The notes beneath the pieces are model-generated. The model saw nothing but the letters and a program-made list of their open reading frames with translations. It had not been told where the DNA came from and made no database searches. The translations under genes were made by a program, and so were the position numbers. Positions 12,930 to 25,455 of a stretch of 64,000 nt of DNA are shown here, piece after piece (the first letter of the stretch is position 1; every line of letters begins with the position of its first letter). The stretch lies in the NCBI GenBank assembly GCA_013265495.1, contig MU058584.1:6600407-6664406 (forward strand), written 5' to 3'. Origin of the DNA: Vicugna vicugna. Taxonomy: Eukaryota.

Positions 12930-14270
12930 ATGTATTTAACAGTTGATCATTGAGTGCTTGTTATATGTCAGGTTCTGGGTTAGATGCTGCTGATCAGTTG
13001 GTGAAGATGTCTCTTCTCTCAAAAAACTCATCATCTAATAGAGGATACTGACCTTCATTCAAGAAATTACTATTGAATGAAAAGATCGTTGAGAGGAATA
13101 AGTACCAGGTATAATGGAATCAAAGAGAAGTGCCCCCAATTCATTCCTGAGGCAGTAAGGGGTCAGGAAGGGTTTCAAATAGGAAAGAACATCTAAGATG
13201 AGACCTAAAAGGTCACGGGAAGTTAATTAAGTGGAAAAGGAGGAGAAGCATAAGCAGAGTCCTGGAACTGTTCATAAAAATTGCACAAGGTCCAATACAA
13301 CTAGAATGTAGAGTGTGAGGTAGAAGAGTAGTGAGATAAGAGGCTGAATTAGAGACGGGCTAAACTATTTACTTTGTAAGCCATGCTAGGTTTAGACCTT
13401 ATCCTGAGGGCACATTGAGTCATTAAGATTTTAAGCAGTTGAGGGACATGATTAAGTTACAGGTTAGAAAATTTACTCTTACTACAGTGTGAGTAATGGA
13501 TTGGAAGGGGAAAATTATTTTTGGCAGGTAGATAAAAGGCTGTGATATAATCCAGGTGAGGGATGATAAAGACTTGAACTAAGGTAATGGGTAATCATAG
13601 TTGTAACAAATGGACAGAGTCAACAATAACAAAGACATAGAATCATCAGGACATTGAGGAAGAGGTGGGGAAGAGGCAGGAGTGATCAAGTTTTGGGCTT
13701 GGGTAATTGTATGGTTGGTGGTAAATCACTGATAGCAGTGCTTAAGAGGATGAGCGGGATTGGGAAGCGTGAAGGCTTAGATAATAATGAATTTAATTTG
13801 GGACATGAGGAGTTTGAGGTGTCCTTGGAACACAGAACAGAAATGCTCAATAGGCAGTTAGGGACACAGTTTGAGATTTTGGTAAGAGAGTTAGGCTTAG
13901 GCAACTATTTGAAAATCTTTAGCATAGAGATGAAAAGTGAAACTATGAAAGGAAGAAAATATGTTTAGAGTGAAAAGAGATCAGGATTTATGAAAGAATT
14001 CTAAGTCAAACAAAAGTAGATAGAAGAAAAAGAACTCACAAGAGGCAGGAAAGAAGATAGAAGAAAAACCAGGAGAGTGTTGTATCAAAGAAATTAAGGA
14101 AAGGAAGTGTTTTAAGAAGTGGAGAGGATCCAAAAATGTACAAACATATCAGGTAAGGTAAAGACTGAGATATCTCCATTGAAGTCTGCAACAAGAACAC
14201 TGCTGACCTGGGAAAGAAATCTGCAGTGGAGTTGAAAGCCACCTTACATATCACTGAAGAATGAATGGAG
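12930..14270 (-). mobile_element. L2 LINE remnant
   Basis: L2 tail near 12930-13000. Minus-strand remnants ISNCVPNCLLSIS and TTLSWFFFYL resemble L2 RT-region motifs. Confidence 0.85.
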
Positions 14271-15438
14271 AGAGGAAGAAGACAGTAAGGATTCCTGTAG
14301 ATAATGGTGGCTTCCTAAAGCAGAATCTGTTCAAGTATTCTACTGAGAACAATGAAAATTTTAAAAAAATAGAAAATAAAATCACCCATAGCCCATGCCA
14401 ACCACCTAATAAGGAAACAGAGAAAATGCAAAGTCCAACTAACATGGAAGTGGAGAAATGAATACTCAAGATTAGTAAAGTTAGTTCTGAAACTCACAAT
14501 AGAGCTGAGTCAGTTAGGGACTGAACAAAAGAGAATACAATGCAGTGGGGTCCTTGCAGTGGTGGAACACAGGCAACATCAACTAAAGTCCACCTGAAGA
14601 GAGGGGCCTACTTTGACTGGAAAATGCTGAAAGCAGATCAGAAGATCCAGTGAGTCAAAGCACTGGATTCTTGGGAGTCAAAAGAAACAAACTTGGAAAG
14701 TGTGCAGAAACAGGATTTGGAAGGAAGGAGACATTTTGGGAGTTGGGAATTCCTTTGGAAATTGGTGGTAGAAGTAAAACATAAAGAATTCAAAGCTAAG
14801 GGTTTTACTGAATCATCATACTATTGGTTTTCCATTTGTTTATTCTGTTCTTTGTTCTATTTTTTCTCTTTATCTTCTTCTGGTTTTTTTTTTAAGATTC
14901 CATTTCATTTTCTTTGTTTATTATTAGCTATAACTCTTTGTTTTATTATTTTAGTAGCTGCTTTAGGGTTTATAGTACACATCTTTAACTTATCACAGTC
15001 AACCTTCAAGTGATACTATATTACTCCATATATATTATTATAACCTTACAACAGTATACTTCTTTTTCTCCTTTACTGACTTTATGCTATTGTTGCATTT
15101 TACTTTTCCAGATTTATAAACTTCACACTATATTGTTATTATTTTTATTTATAATTTTGTTTAAAACTGTAATTATCTTCTAAAGAAATTTAAATAATAA
15201 GAAAAAGCTCTTATGGATTTATACACACATAAAGGTGCTTTTCATTCCTTTGTGTAGATGCATACTTCCATCTGGTGTCACTTCCCTTCTGCCTGATGGA
15301 ACTCCTTTAACATTTCTTGTAGTGTGGGCCTGCTGGTGATGCATTCTTTCAGCTTTTATATGCTTGAGAATCTCTTTCTCTTTTGAAGAATTGTCCCCTA
15401 TTTTTGAAGGATAACTAGGTATAGAATTCTGTGTTGAC

Positions 15439-15459
15439 TTTTTTTTTTTTTTTTTTTTT

Positions 15460-15498
<39 letters not shown>
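15439..15498. repeat. T21-G-T38 mononucleotide run inside the L1 ORF1 remnant
   Basis: Read directly from the sequence. Confidence 0.97.
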
Positions 15499-15501
<3 letters not shown>

Positions 15502-15791
15502 TTCGGTACTTCAAGGATGTTGCTCCATGGCCTTTCCACTTGTATTGTTTCTGACAATAAATCTGTAGTCATCCTTACCTCTGTTTTCTGTATTTGTAAC
15601 GTGTCTTTGTTTTTCAGAGGCTTTTCTCTTAATCACTGGTTATAAGCATTTGTATTATGATGTGCATTGGTGTAATTTTAATCAAGACTCTTGGGCTGGA
15701 GGGTTTTTTTTTTTTTTTATTTTGAGATCCTGAGATCTGTAGATTTATAGTATTTACCAAATTTGGAAACATTTTGGCCATTATGTCATTA

Positions 15792-16065
15792 CTAAAACCT
15801 AACATGGTTTACAAAGTCAATAGTTTAGTCCCTCTCTAATTCAGCCTCTTATCTCACTACTTTTCTACCTCACACTCTACATTCTAGTCATACTGAACTT
15901 TGTCCAGTTCCAGGACTTTGTTTATGCTTCTCTACCTTTTCCACATAATTAACTTCCTGTGACCTTTTAGGTCTCATCTTAGTTTTTCTTTCCTATTTGA
16001 AACTCTTCCTGATCCCTTACTGCCTCAGGAATAAATTGGGGTACCTTCTCTTTGATTCCATTATA
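15792..16065 (-). repeat. Inverted duplicate of 13110-13395 (L2-derived segment)
   Basis: The reverse complement aligns to 13110-13395 with about 26 mismatches over ~273 nt by hand count, plus a 13-nt gap and a 1-nt gap. Confidence 0.95.
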
Positions 16066-16789
16066 TCTTTAAATACTCCTTCTGTGACCCCTTCTCCTTT
16101 TAGGGCTCCAATTATACATATAAAAGGCCACTTAAAAGTTGCTCCATACTGCACTAATGATTCTTTTATTTCTAATTTTTTTTCTGTTTATGTTTCATTT
16201 TGGAGAGTTTCTTTTATGTCCTCAAGCTTAGTAATTTTTATTCTGTGATGTCTAATCTGCCATTATTCTCATCCAGTGTGGTTTTCATCTTGTATAGTAT
16301 AGTTTTCATTTCCAGAAGCTGACTTTTGTTTATATTGTATCTTCTATATCTCTACTTAACTTTTTGGATATACGAAATGCAGCTATAACTGTTTTAATGA
16401 CTTTTTTGAAATTTCAATATCTGTGTTGGTTCTATGTCATTTTTAGTTTAAGTTTCTCTTCATTACAGGTCATAGTTTCTTGGTTTTTTACATGCCTGAG
16501 AGTTTTATTATAATTATTAGATTCTAGATGTTGTTAATTTTAACTTGTTGGGGGCTAGAAAATTTTGCATTCCTATAAATAGTCTTGAAGTTTATTCTAG
16601 CATGCAGTTAAGTTACATGAAAACATTTTGATCTTATGGGGTATTGCTTTTTATATTTGTTAGCTTGGACTAAATAAGTGCTCAATCTAAGGCTAGTTAT
16701 TCCTTAGTCCTGAGACTGGTTCCCTCAAAATCCCTTATTCAATGCCCTTTAATTATGAGATTTTCTAGTCAGCCTAGTGGGAATAGAAC

Positions 16790-17612
16790 TAAAGTGAAGT
16801 GAAGGTAGGCAATCTACCTGATAAAGGGTTCAAGTTAATGACCACAAAGATACTCACTGAACCAGGAAAAGAATGACTGAATGTGATGGGAAGATATAGC
16901 TCAGGTGGTAGAGCACATGCTTAGTATGCACAAGATCCTGGGTTCAATCCCCAGTAACTCTTCTAAAAGTAGATAAACGTAATTACTTCCCCCCACCAAA
17001 ATAAAATAATTAAATAATACAATGATAAATAAAATATTTTTTTAAAAAAGAATGAACACAGTGAGAGTTTCAACAAAGAGTTAGAAAATATAAAGGCAAA
17101 CCAAATAGAAATGAAGAATACAATAATTGAAATAAAAAGCACAATAGAAGGAATCAACAACAGATCAGATGATACAGAGAAACAGATCAGCTAACTGGAA
17201 TGCAGAGTAGTGAAAATCACCCAAGCTGAACAGAAAAAAGAATTTTAAAAAATTAGGATAGTTTAAGAGAACTATGGGACAGCATCAAGTGTACCAACAT
17301 TTGCACCATAGGAGTCCCAGAAAAAGATGAGAGAGAGAGAAAGAAATAGAGAACTTATTTAAAGAAAAATAGCTAAAAACTTTTTTACTTAGAGAAGGTA
17401 ACACACATCTAGTCCAGGAATCACAGAGGCCGTTATAAGATCAACCCAAAGAGATCCACACAAAGACTCATCTTAATTAAAAAGCAAAGTATAAGATAAA
17501 GAATCTTAAAAGCAGCAAGAGAAAAGCAACTAGTTACATAGAAGGAACTCCCATAATACTATCAGCTAACTTTTCAGCAGAAACTTTGCAGGCCAGAACA
17601 GAGGGCAACAAT
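16790..17612 (+). mobile_element. L1 ORF1 remnant (interrupted by a SINE)
   Basis: AATCTACCTGATAAAG...GAGTCCCAGAA...AAAAGCAGCAAGAGAAAAG...TCAGCAGAAACTTTGCAGGCCAGAA are typical of L1 ORF1. Confidence 0.9.
16888..17049 (+). mobile_element. tRNA-Ala-derived SINE, Vic-1-like (camelid-specific)
   Basis: A box TAGCTCAGGTGG (16897-16908) and B box GGTTCAATCCC (16941-16951), then TAATTACTTCCCCCC and an A-rich tail. A direct repeat AAAAGAATGA flanks it at 16867-16876 and 17046-17055. Confidence 0.9.
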
Positions 17613-20600
17613 ATGCATGTGAAACATTCTCCAGAATAAATAACATGCCAGGCCACAAAACAATTCATAATAAATATAAGAAGATTGAAGTAATATCAAG
17701 CATCCTTTCTGACCACAACAGTATGAGACCAAAAAGGCACTGCAAGAAAAAAATGCAAAAACCACAAACATGTGGAGTTAGCATCGTGCTACTAAACAAC
17801 CAGTGGGACTGAGGGGAAAAATCAAAGAGCAAATAAAGAACCACATGGAGACAAATGAAGGTAGAAACACAATGATTCAAAAATCTAAGGACACACCAGA
17901 AGGTTTTCTAAGAGGAAAGTTTACAGGGATACAAGCCTCTACCTCAGCAAAAAAGAAAGATCTCAAACAATTAAAAAAGGATCAATCAAAACCCAAGTTA
18001 GCAGAAGAAAATAAATCATAAAGATAAGAGGATAAATAAATGAAATATACACTAAAAGCAGAAAAGATCAGTGAAACTAATAGCTGGTTATTTGAAAAGA
18101 TAGAGAAAACTGATAAACCTTTAGCCAAACTCATCAAGAAAAATGGAGAGAGGATCCAAATAAATCAAATCAGAAATGAAAGAGGAGAAGTTACAACTGA
18201 CACCACAGAAATACAAAGCATCATAAGATATTACTATGAACAATTATGTGCCAATAAAATGGACAACTTAGAAGAAATGGATAAATTCCTAGAAATATAC
18301 AATCTCCCAAGACTGAATCAGGAATAAATACAAAATATAAACAGACCATTTACCAATAATGAAATTGAATCAGTAATTTAAAAAATCCCAACATAAAAAG
18401 TTCAGAGCAAGACAGCTTTACAGCTGAATTCTACCAAACATTTAAAGAAGAGATAACACCTATTTTCTCAACTATTCCAAAAAATTTCAGAGGGAGAATA
18501 GCTTCTGAACTCATTCTACAAGGCCATCATCATCTTGATACCAAAATTAGATAGACACTACAAACAACAAAAAGAGGTTCCAAGCCAATATCATTGATAA
18601 ACATGGATGCAAACATCATCTTCAGTAGAATATTAGCAATGGAATTCAACAGTATACTAAAAGAATCATACACCACAATCAAGTGTGATTTATCCCAGGG
18701 ATGTGAGGGTGATTCAATATTTTCAAATCAGTCAATATGATACACCACCTTAACAAATTAAAGAATAAAAATTTTGTGATTACCTCAGTAGATGCAGAAA
18801 AATCTTTTAACAAAATTCAACATCCATTTATTATCAAAACTCTCAACAAAGTGACTATAGAGGGAACATACCTCATCATGATAAAGGTCATATATGACAA
18901 GCCTGCAGCTAACCTCATACTCAATGGTGAAAAGCTGAAAGCATTTTCTCTAGGATCAGGAACAAGACAGATGCCCACTTTTGCCACTTTACTCAACGTA
19001 GTATTGGAAGATATTAGCTACAGAAATCAGATAAGAGAAGAAATAAAAGACATCCAAATTGGAAAGGAAAAAGTAAAACTGTCACTGTTTTAGACAACAA
19101 ACAGTGCAGTGTATGATATTTTATAAAGAAAATTCTAAAGGCATCATTACTATTGGAAACTATTAGAACTAATCAATAAATTAAAATTAGAATTACTAAA
19201 ATTACTAAATAATTACCAAAATAATACCTAAAATTAAATTAGAACTAATAAATAAGTTCAACAAAGTTGCAAGATATAAAGTTAATATACAGAAATATAT
19301 TGTGTTTCCATACACTAATAACAAATTATCACAAAGAGAAATTAAGAAAACAATCCAATTTACAATTGTATCAAAAAGAATTAATATCTAGGAATAAATC
19401 TAATCAAAAAGGTAAAAGACTTGTACTCTGAAAACTTCTCCTGAAGTCTGATGAAAGAAATTAAATTTTGATGAAATAAATTAAAGATGACACCTATGGA
19501 AAGATATACCATGTTCATGGATAGGAGGAATTAAAATTGTTAAAACAACCATGCTACCCAAGGTAATCTACAAATTCAAAGCAATCCCTATCAAAATACC
19601 AATGGCATTTTTCACAGAAATGGATTAAATAATTCTAACGTTTGTATGGCAACACAAAGTACCCAAATGGCCAACACAATCTTGAGAAAGAAGAGCAAAG
19701 CTGGAGGTATTACATGCCTTGATTTCAAACTATACTACAAAGCTACAGTAATAAAAATAATATGGTACTTACACAAAAATAGACACATAGATCAATGGAA
19801 CAGAATAGACAGACAGGTAATAAACCCATGCTTATAGTCAATTAACCTATGACAAAGGTGGCAAAAATATACAGTGGAAAAAAGACAGCCTCTTTCATAA
19901 ATTGTGTTGAGAAAACTGACAGCTACATGTAAAAAAAAATGAAACTGGACTACTTTCTCATAGTGTATAAAAAGTAAACTCAAAATGGATTAATAACTTA
20001 AATTTAAAACCTGAAACCATAAAACTCCCAGAAGAAAACAGGCAGTACAGTGTTTGACATTGGTCTTAGTAATGTATTTTTATATGTCTCCTCAGGCAAG
20101 GGAAATGAAAGCAAAAATAAACAAATGGAACTATATCAAATTAAAATCGGTTGCACAGAGGAGAAAATTATCAACAAAATGAAAAGGTAGCCTACTAAAT
20201 GAGAGAAGATATTTGCAAATAATACACCAATAAAGGGTTAATATCCAAAGTATACAAAGAACTCATATAACTTATCATCAGAAAATCCAAACAACCCAAT
20301 TAAAAAATGGGCAGAAGACCTGAATAAACATTTTTCCAAGGAAGACATGTGCATAACCAACAGACACATGAAAATGTGCTGAAGATCACTAATCACCAGG
20401 GAAATGTAAATCAAAACCACAATGAGATATCACTTCACAACTACTGGAATGGGTATTATCAAAAAAAGACAAAAAATAACAGTGTTGGTGAGGATGTGGA
20501 GAAAAAAGAACCTATGTGCACTGCTGGTGGATCTGTAAAGTGGTGCAGCTGCTATGGAAAACAGCATCTAGGTATCTCAAAAGACTAAAGGTAGAGCTGC

Positions 20601-21269
20601 CATATGATCTGGTAATTTCACTTCTAGGTATTTACCTGAAGGAAAAAACACCACTGATTCGAAAAGACATATGCACACCAATGTTCATTGTAGCATTATT
20701 TATAATAGCCAATTTATGGACACAACCTAAGTGTCCATTGATAGATAAATGCATAAAGAACATATAGTATATATTTATAATGGAATATTGTTCAGCTATT
20801 AAAAAACCTCACAAATCTTGCCATTTGCCATAACATGGATATATATATAGAAAGAGAGGTTATTATGCTAAATGAAATAAGGCAGGCAGAAAAAGAAAAT
20901 ACTATATGATTTCACTTATAGGTGGAATCTAAAAAACAAAACAAATGAGCAAAATGAAACAAAAACAGACTCAGATAAAGAGACCCAACTGGAGATTGCC
21001 AGAGGAGGCAAGTAGGACAAAATACATGAAGGAGATTAAGAGGTACAAACCTCTAGTTATAAAATAAATAAGCCACAGGGATGTAACATACAGTAAAAAG
21101 AATAGAGTCAATAATATTATACTAACTTTGTATGGGACAGATGGTTACTAGGTTTATTGTGGTGGTTATTTCAAAATGTACACAAATATCAAATCACTAT
21201 ATAGTACACCTGAAACTAACAAAACATAATACATAACTACATTTCAATTTTAAAGGCAAAAAAAAAAAA
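17613..21269 (+). mobile_element. L1 ORF2 (broken; endonuclease C-half, RT, C-terminal domain), 3' UTR and poly(A)
   Basis: ORF fragments 18040-18327 ([35 protein letters not shown]), 18737-19093 (SVDAEKSFNKIQHPF..GTRQ) and 19646-19837 ([28 protein letters not shown]). Many stops and frameshifts. A-tail at 21258-21269. Confidence 0.97.
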
Positions 21270-23759
21270 GACAGAGTGGCTGAATAATTAAAAAACTAGA
21301 CCCAACTATATACTACCTACAAGAGATTCCCTTAAACTTTAAGGACACATGTAAACTGAAAGTAAAAGGATGGAAAATATATTCGACGTAAATGGAAACA
21401 AACAAACAAAAAGCATAGGCAGCTATACTTATGTAAGACAAAACAGACTTTAAGCCAAAAACAGTAACAAAAGGCAGCAAAAGTTAAAAAATTAGTAGAA
21501 AAAAGGAAATAACAAATATCCAAATGGAAATAGATATAATACAGATTTAAAAGGCAACATAAAAGATAAATCTAAAAAGAGATAATTTTTCAAAGATAAA
21601 CAGAATTTATAAACTGTTAGTTAGACCAAGAGGGAAGTCTCAAATCAATAAAATCTGAAATGAAAGAGTAGACGTTACAAGTGATTAGCACAGAAATTCA
21701 AAGGATCAGACAATTATACGCTAATAAATCAGGTAACTTAGAAGAACTGGATAAACTCCTAGAAACATATAGCCTCCCAAGCCCAAATCATGAAAAAATA
21801 GAAAATCTGAACATATCAATTATTATTAAGGAGATTAAATCAGTAATCAAAAATCTCCCAGAAAAGAAAATTCCAGATGGCTTCAGTGGTGAATTCTACC
21901 AAATACTTAAAGAAGAATTAATATCAATTCTTCTCAAATGCTTATCATAAATATAATAGAAGAAACACTTACAAACTCATTTTATGAGGCCAGCATTACC
22001 CTGATACCAAAGCCAGACATGACACTACAAGATAAAAAAATTATAAGCCAATATCCCTGATGAACATAGGTGTAAAAATTCCCAGCAAAATATTAAGAAA
22101 CTGAACTCAATAGTACATTAAAAGGATCATACATCTTGATCAAACGGGATTTATTCCAGGAATGTAAGTATGGTTCAACATTCACAAATCAATAAAGGTT
22201 ATACACTACTTAGTAGAATGAAAGATGAAGCAGTATGGTATTGGCATAAAAACAGACATATAGATCCATGATATAGAAATAAACCTGTGCAAATATGGTC
22301 AATTAATTTTTGACAAAGGAACCAAGAATATACAAGGGGAAAGGTCAATCTCTTCAATAAATGATGTTAGGAAAACAGTACAGCCACATGCAAAAATAAA
22401 ACTGGATCCCTATCTTACAGTATACTCAAAAATTAATTCAAACTGGATTAAAGACTTGAACATAGACCTGAAACCATAAAACTCTTAGAAGAAAACATAG
22501 TAGGGAGTAATTTCTTTAACGTTGGCAATATCTTTTTGAATTTGACATCAAAATCAAAGGCAACAGAAGTAAAACCAACAAGTGGGACTCCATAAAACTT
22601 AAGAACTTCTGCATACCAAAAGAAACAATCAGCAAATTAAAAATACAACCTATAGAATGGAAAAAAAATTATTGGCAAACCTCATATCTAATATGGGGTT
22701 AATATCCAAAATATACATTGTACTCATACAATTTAATAACAAAAACCCAAATAACTCAATTAAAATAGGAAAAGGACCTAAGTAAATATTTTTCCAAAGA
22801 TGATATTCAAATGGCCAAGTACATAACAAGGTGCTAAACATCACTATCATTAGGGAAATGCAAATCAAAACCAGAATGAGATACCACCTTACGCTTGTTA
22901 GGGTATCTATTATTTAAAAAAATAAGTAAGAGATAACAAATGCTGGAAAGGATATGGAGAAAAGGAACCCTCGTACACTGTTGGTGGGAATGTAAACTAG
23001 TACAGCCATCACAGAAGCAGTATGGAGATTCCTCAAGAAATGAAAAATAGAACTATCATGTGAATCAGCAATCCCACTTCAGGGTATAAATCTAACAGAA
23101 AATGAAATCATCATCTGAAAGAGATATCTGTGCTCCCCTGTTTATTGCAACATTATTCATAATAGCCAAGGTATGGAAACAACCTAAGTGTCAATTGATG
23201 GATGCATGAATAAACAAAATGTGTGTGTATATATATGCATACAATGAAATATTATTGAGCCTTAAAAAGAAGGAAAACCTGCTATTTGTGGCAGCATGGA
23301 TGAACCTGAAAGGCATTACAGTAAGTGAGATAAACTAGACAGATAAAGAAGAATACTGTATGGTATTGCTTACATGTGGACTCAAAAAACAAAAAAAGAC
23401 AAAAGTCAAATGCATAGAAAGGAGAGTAGAATGGTTGTTGCTAGTGGCTAAGAGGTGGAGGAAATAGGGAGAGGCTGGTAAAAAGTGTACAAATTTTCAG
23501 TTATAAGAATGAATAAGGTCTGAGAATCTAATGTATAACATGGTGACTATGGTTGGTAATACTGTCGGTTTAACTGAAATTTGCTGAGAGTAAAACTTCT
23601 GTTTTCCCTAAAAAAAAGGAAATATGTGAGGTGGTGGATGTGTTAAGTGACTTGACGGTGAGAATCTTTTCACAATGTTATGTATATCAAATCACCACAT
23701 TGTACACTTTTAAATATCTTACAGTTTTGTCAATTATATGTCAATGAAGCAGAAAAAAA
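21270..23759 (+). mobile_element. Second L1 (L1MA9-like 3' end) with large internal deletions
   Basis: Starts in the endonuclease N-terminal region (GACAGAGTGGCTGAAT..GACCCAACTATA..CTACAAGAGA). ORF 21681-21950 is paralogous to 18200-18480. Jumps occur at ~21480 and ~22228. The 3' UTR ends in an A-run at ~23759. Confidence 0.93.
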
Positions 23760-23789
23760 GACATATTCACATGGAGCCAAACTACCTCC

Positions 23790-24550
23790 CTACATTTAAC
23801 TTTCTAATTGTAAGGATAAAAACATAAATTTACAATGGAAAGATCTGACTCTCACCATCTTAATCAAATGCTCAAACTTAGCATCACCAATAGTAAGACA
23901 ATTTGATTTTATGTGTCACCTGATGTAATATAATATGAAGTACCCAGCACTCCTTATAAAGCATTCTCACTGAACATCTTTAACCTGAAGCTAATTATTC
24001 CTTTAACCAAACTTCCAGTTTATAGAAGTATAGGAGATAAAAGAAGCAAGATAATTGACATCCAGATGGAAGTAATCAGTCAGGCAAATTGAGATTGTAG
24101 AAGTTTTACAAGACAACTGGCCCAATCTCTTCAAAATTCAATGTTATTAAAAAGAATAAAGGTATTGGGACTGTTCTCAATTAAGAGAGACTAAAAGGAT
24201 ATACAACTAAATATGATGAGTAAACTTCAATTGGATTTTTTTTCATAAAAAAAGCTAATTGAGATATTTTTGTGGACAATTGGGGAATATTTAAGTATGG
24301 ACTGGTTTATGTTATATTAGGGGTTTATGGTTAATTTTATCTAGGGCATTCATAGTATTATGTCTACAAAGGAAAATTTATTTTTAAGAGATGCAGGGAT
24401 ATATTAATTTTGAGGATGTCACAATGTCTGCATCTTACTTTGAAATGATAAAATGTTCACAGTTGTTCCATCTAGATGTTTGATACATGAAATTTATTTC
24501 ATTATTCTTTCAACCTGTTCTGTAAATTAAATTTTTTTCATAACACAAGG
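23790..24550 (+). mobile_element. Ancient L1 3' UTR (L1MC/L1ME-like)
   Basis: TTTACAATGGAAAGATCTG..CACCATCTTAATCAA..AACTTAGCATCACCAATAG..GGACAATTGGGGAA..ATGTCTGCA..TACTTTGAAATG. Confidence 0.75.
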
Positions 24551-24699
24551 TTTGGTGAAGGAGAGAACATATTCTACTAAGCAGTTTATTGTCTAGAAAA
24601 TTTTCCTAAAGAATTACTGATGAATAGTGACCAAAATTCCATTAGAATGTTTGATGAAATAACATGTGTATAACAATTACAAATCTAGATAAATAAGTT

Positions 24700-25110
24700 C
24701 TGTATTCTCAAAGAATAAATTAATCTCAAGAGGATTGTTTTTTTTTTTTTTTTGGCAGGTTGATTCTAAAATTTATGTAAAGCAGCAAAGGGCAAAAAAT
24801 ATCCAATTCGTTTCTAGAAAAGGAGAAAATTCTTGTGGTTATAAATGTAAAGATTAGAAAGCTATTTTAAAGATAAACAGATACGGCGTAAGGATGAACA
24901 AATTAGACAACCCACAAATTAGGGAATGCAAATAAGGAATTTTAATATGTGATAGAGGTGGCATGACAAATTACATGAGAAAGGAGAAACAATTTAGTAA
25001 ATGGGCCTGGAACGGTTATAATTTATTTTAAGAGAAAAGTGGAATTGTAGCCCTCCCTCAAACCATACACAAGAATCAATTTCAAATAGAGTAAGAACTC
25101 AAATGTTGAA
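24700..25110 (+). mobile_element. Ancient L1 ORF2 fragment (L1ME-like)
   Basis: TTGATTCTAAAATTTATG..ATGTGATAGAGGTGGCA..CCTCAAACCATACACAAGAATCAATTTCAAAT. Confidence 0.65.
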
Positions 25111-25422
25111 AAATGTTGTGAAGGAAAAGAAAGAGAAAGGTCACTAGCTGGAAGAGAATATTAGGTTGAGGGATTTGTTTTGGTCTTAAAGATAGGAGAA
25201 ACTTGAACTTTACAAAAGCATCCAGTAAAGAAGGAGATATAGGAAGGAGGAGTAACCCTAAGAAAGCAGAGGGTAATTGGATAATAAGCAGGATGGCTAC
25301 CATACAGTAGGTGTTCAATAATTACCGAATGAATGGATTAACCAATAAAAGAGAAGGAATTCGCTTAGACGGAATGTGCAGAAACTGGTTCAGATAGGAG
25401 GTAGTCTTTTTCTCACTGACAG

Positions 25423-25455
25423 GTGTCAACGTGGAGTTAACAGATGCAGCTACTG
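25423..25455 (+). other. Candidate 33-nt cassette exon (host transcript unknown)
   Basis: TCTTTTTCTCACTGACAG acceptor and CTG|GTAAGT donor. Confidence 0.3.

Larger units (their letters stand above)
14820..16790 (-). mobile_element. Old L1 (L1MC/MD-like) 5' region, ORF1 and start of ORF2; interrupted at 15792-16065
   Basis: The minus-strand remnant TTDLLSETIQVERPWSNILEVPK resembles the L1 ORF1p C-terminus (ADFSSETMEARRQWNDIFKVLK). The + strand is T-rich. Confidence 0.85.

Noticed and set aside
15219..15572. 117-aa poly-Lys ORF
   Set aside because: It is an L1 ORF1 remnant read through the poly(T) run.
16888..16960. tRNA-Ala gene
   Set aside because: The stems and anticodon region are mutated. 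It continues into a SINE body and A-rich tail and sits inside an L1 between direct repeats, so it is a tRNA-derived SINE.
17613..20800. Functional reverse transcriptase / intact L1 ORF2
   Set aside because: It is broken into many short ORFs by stops, frameshifts and insertions, and it lacks the 5' UTR and the endonuclease N-terminus.
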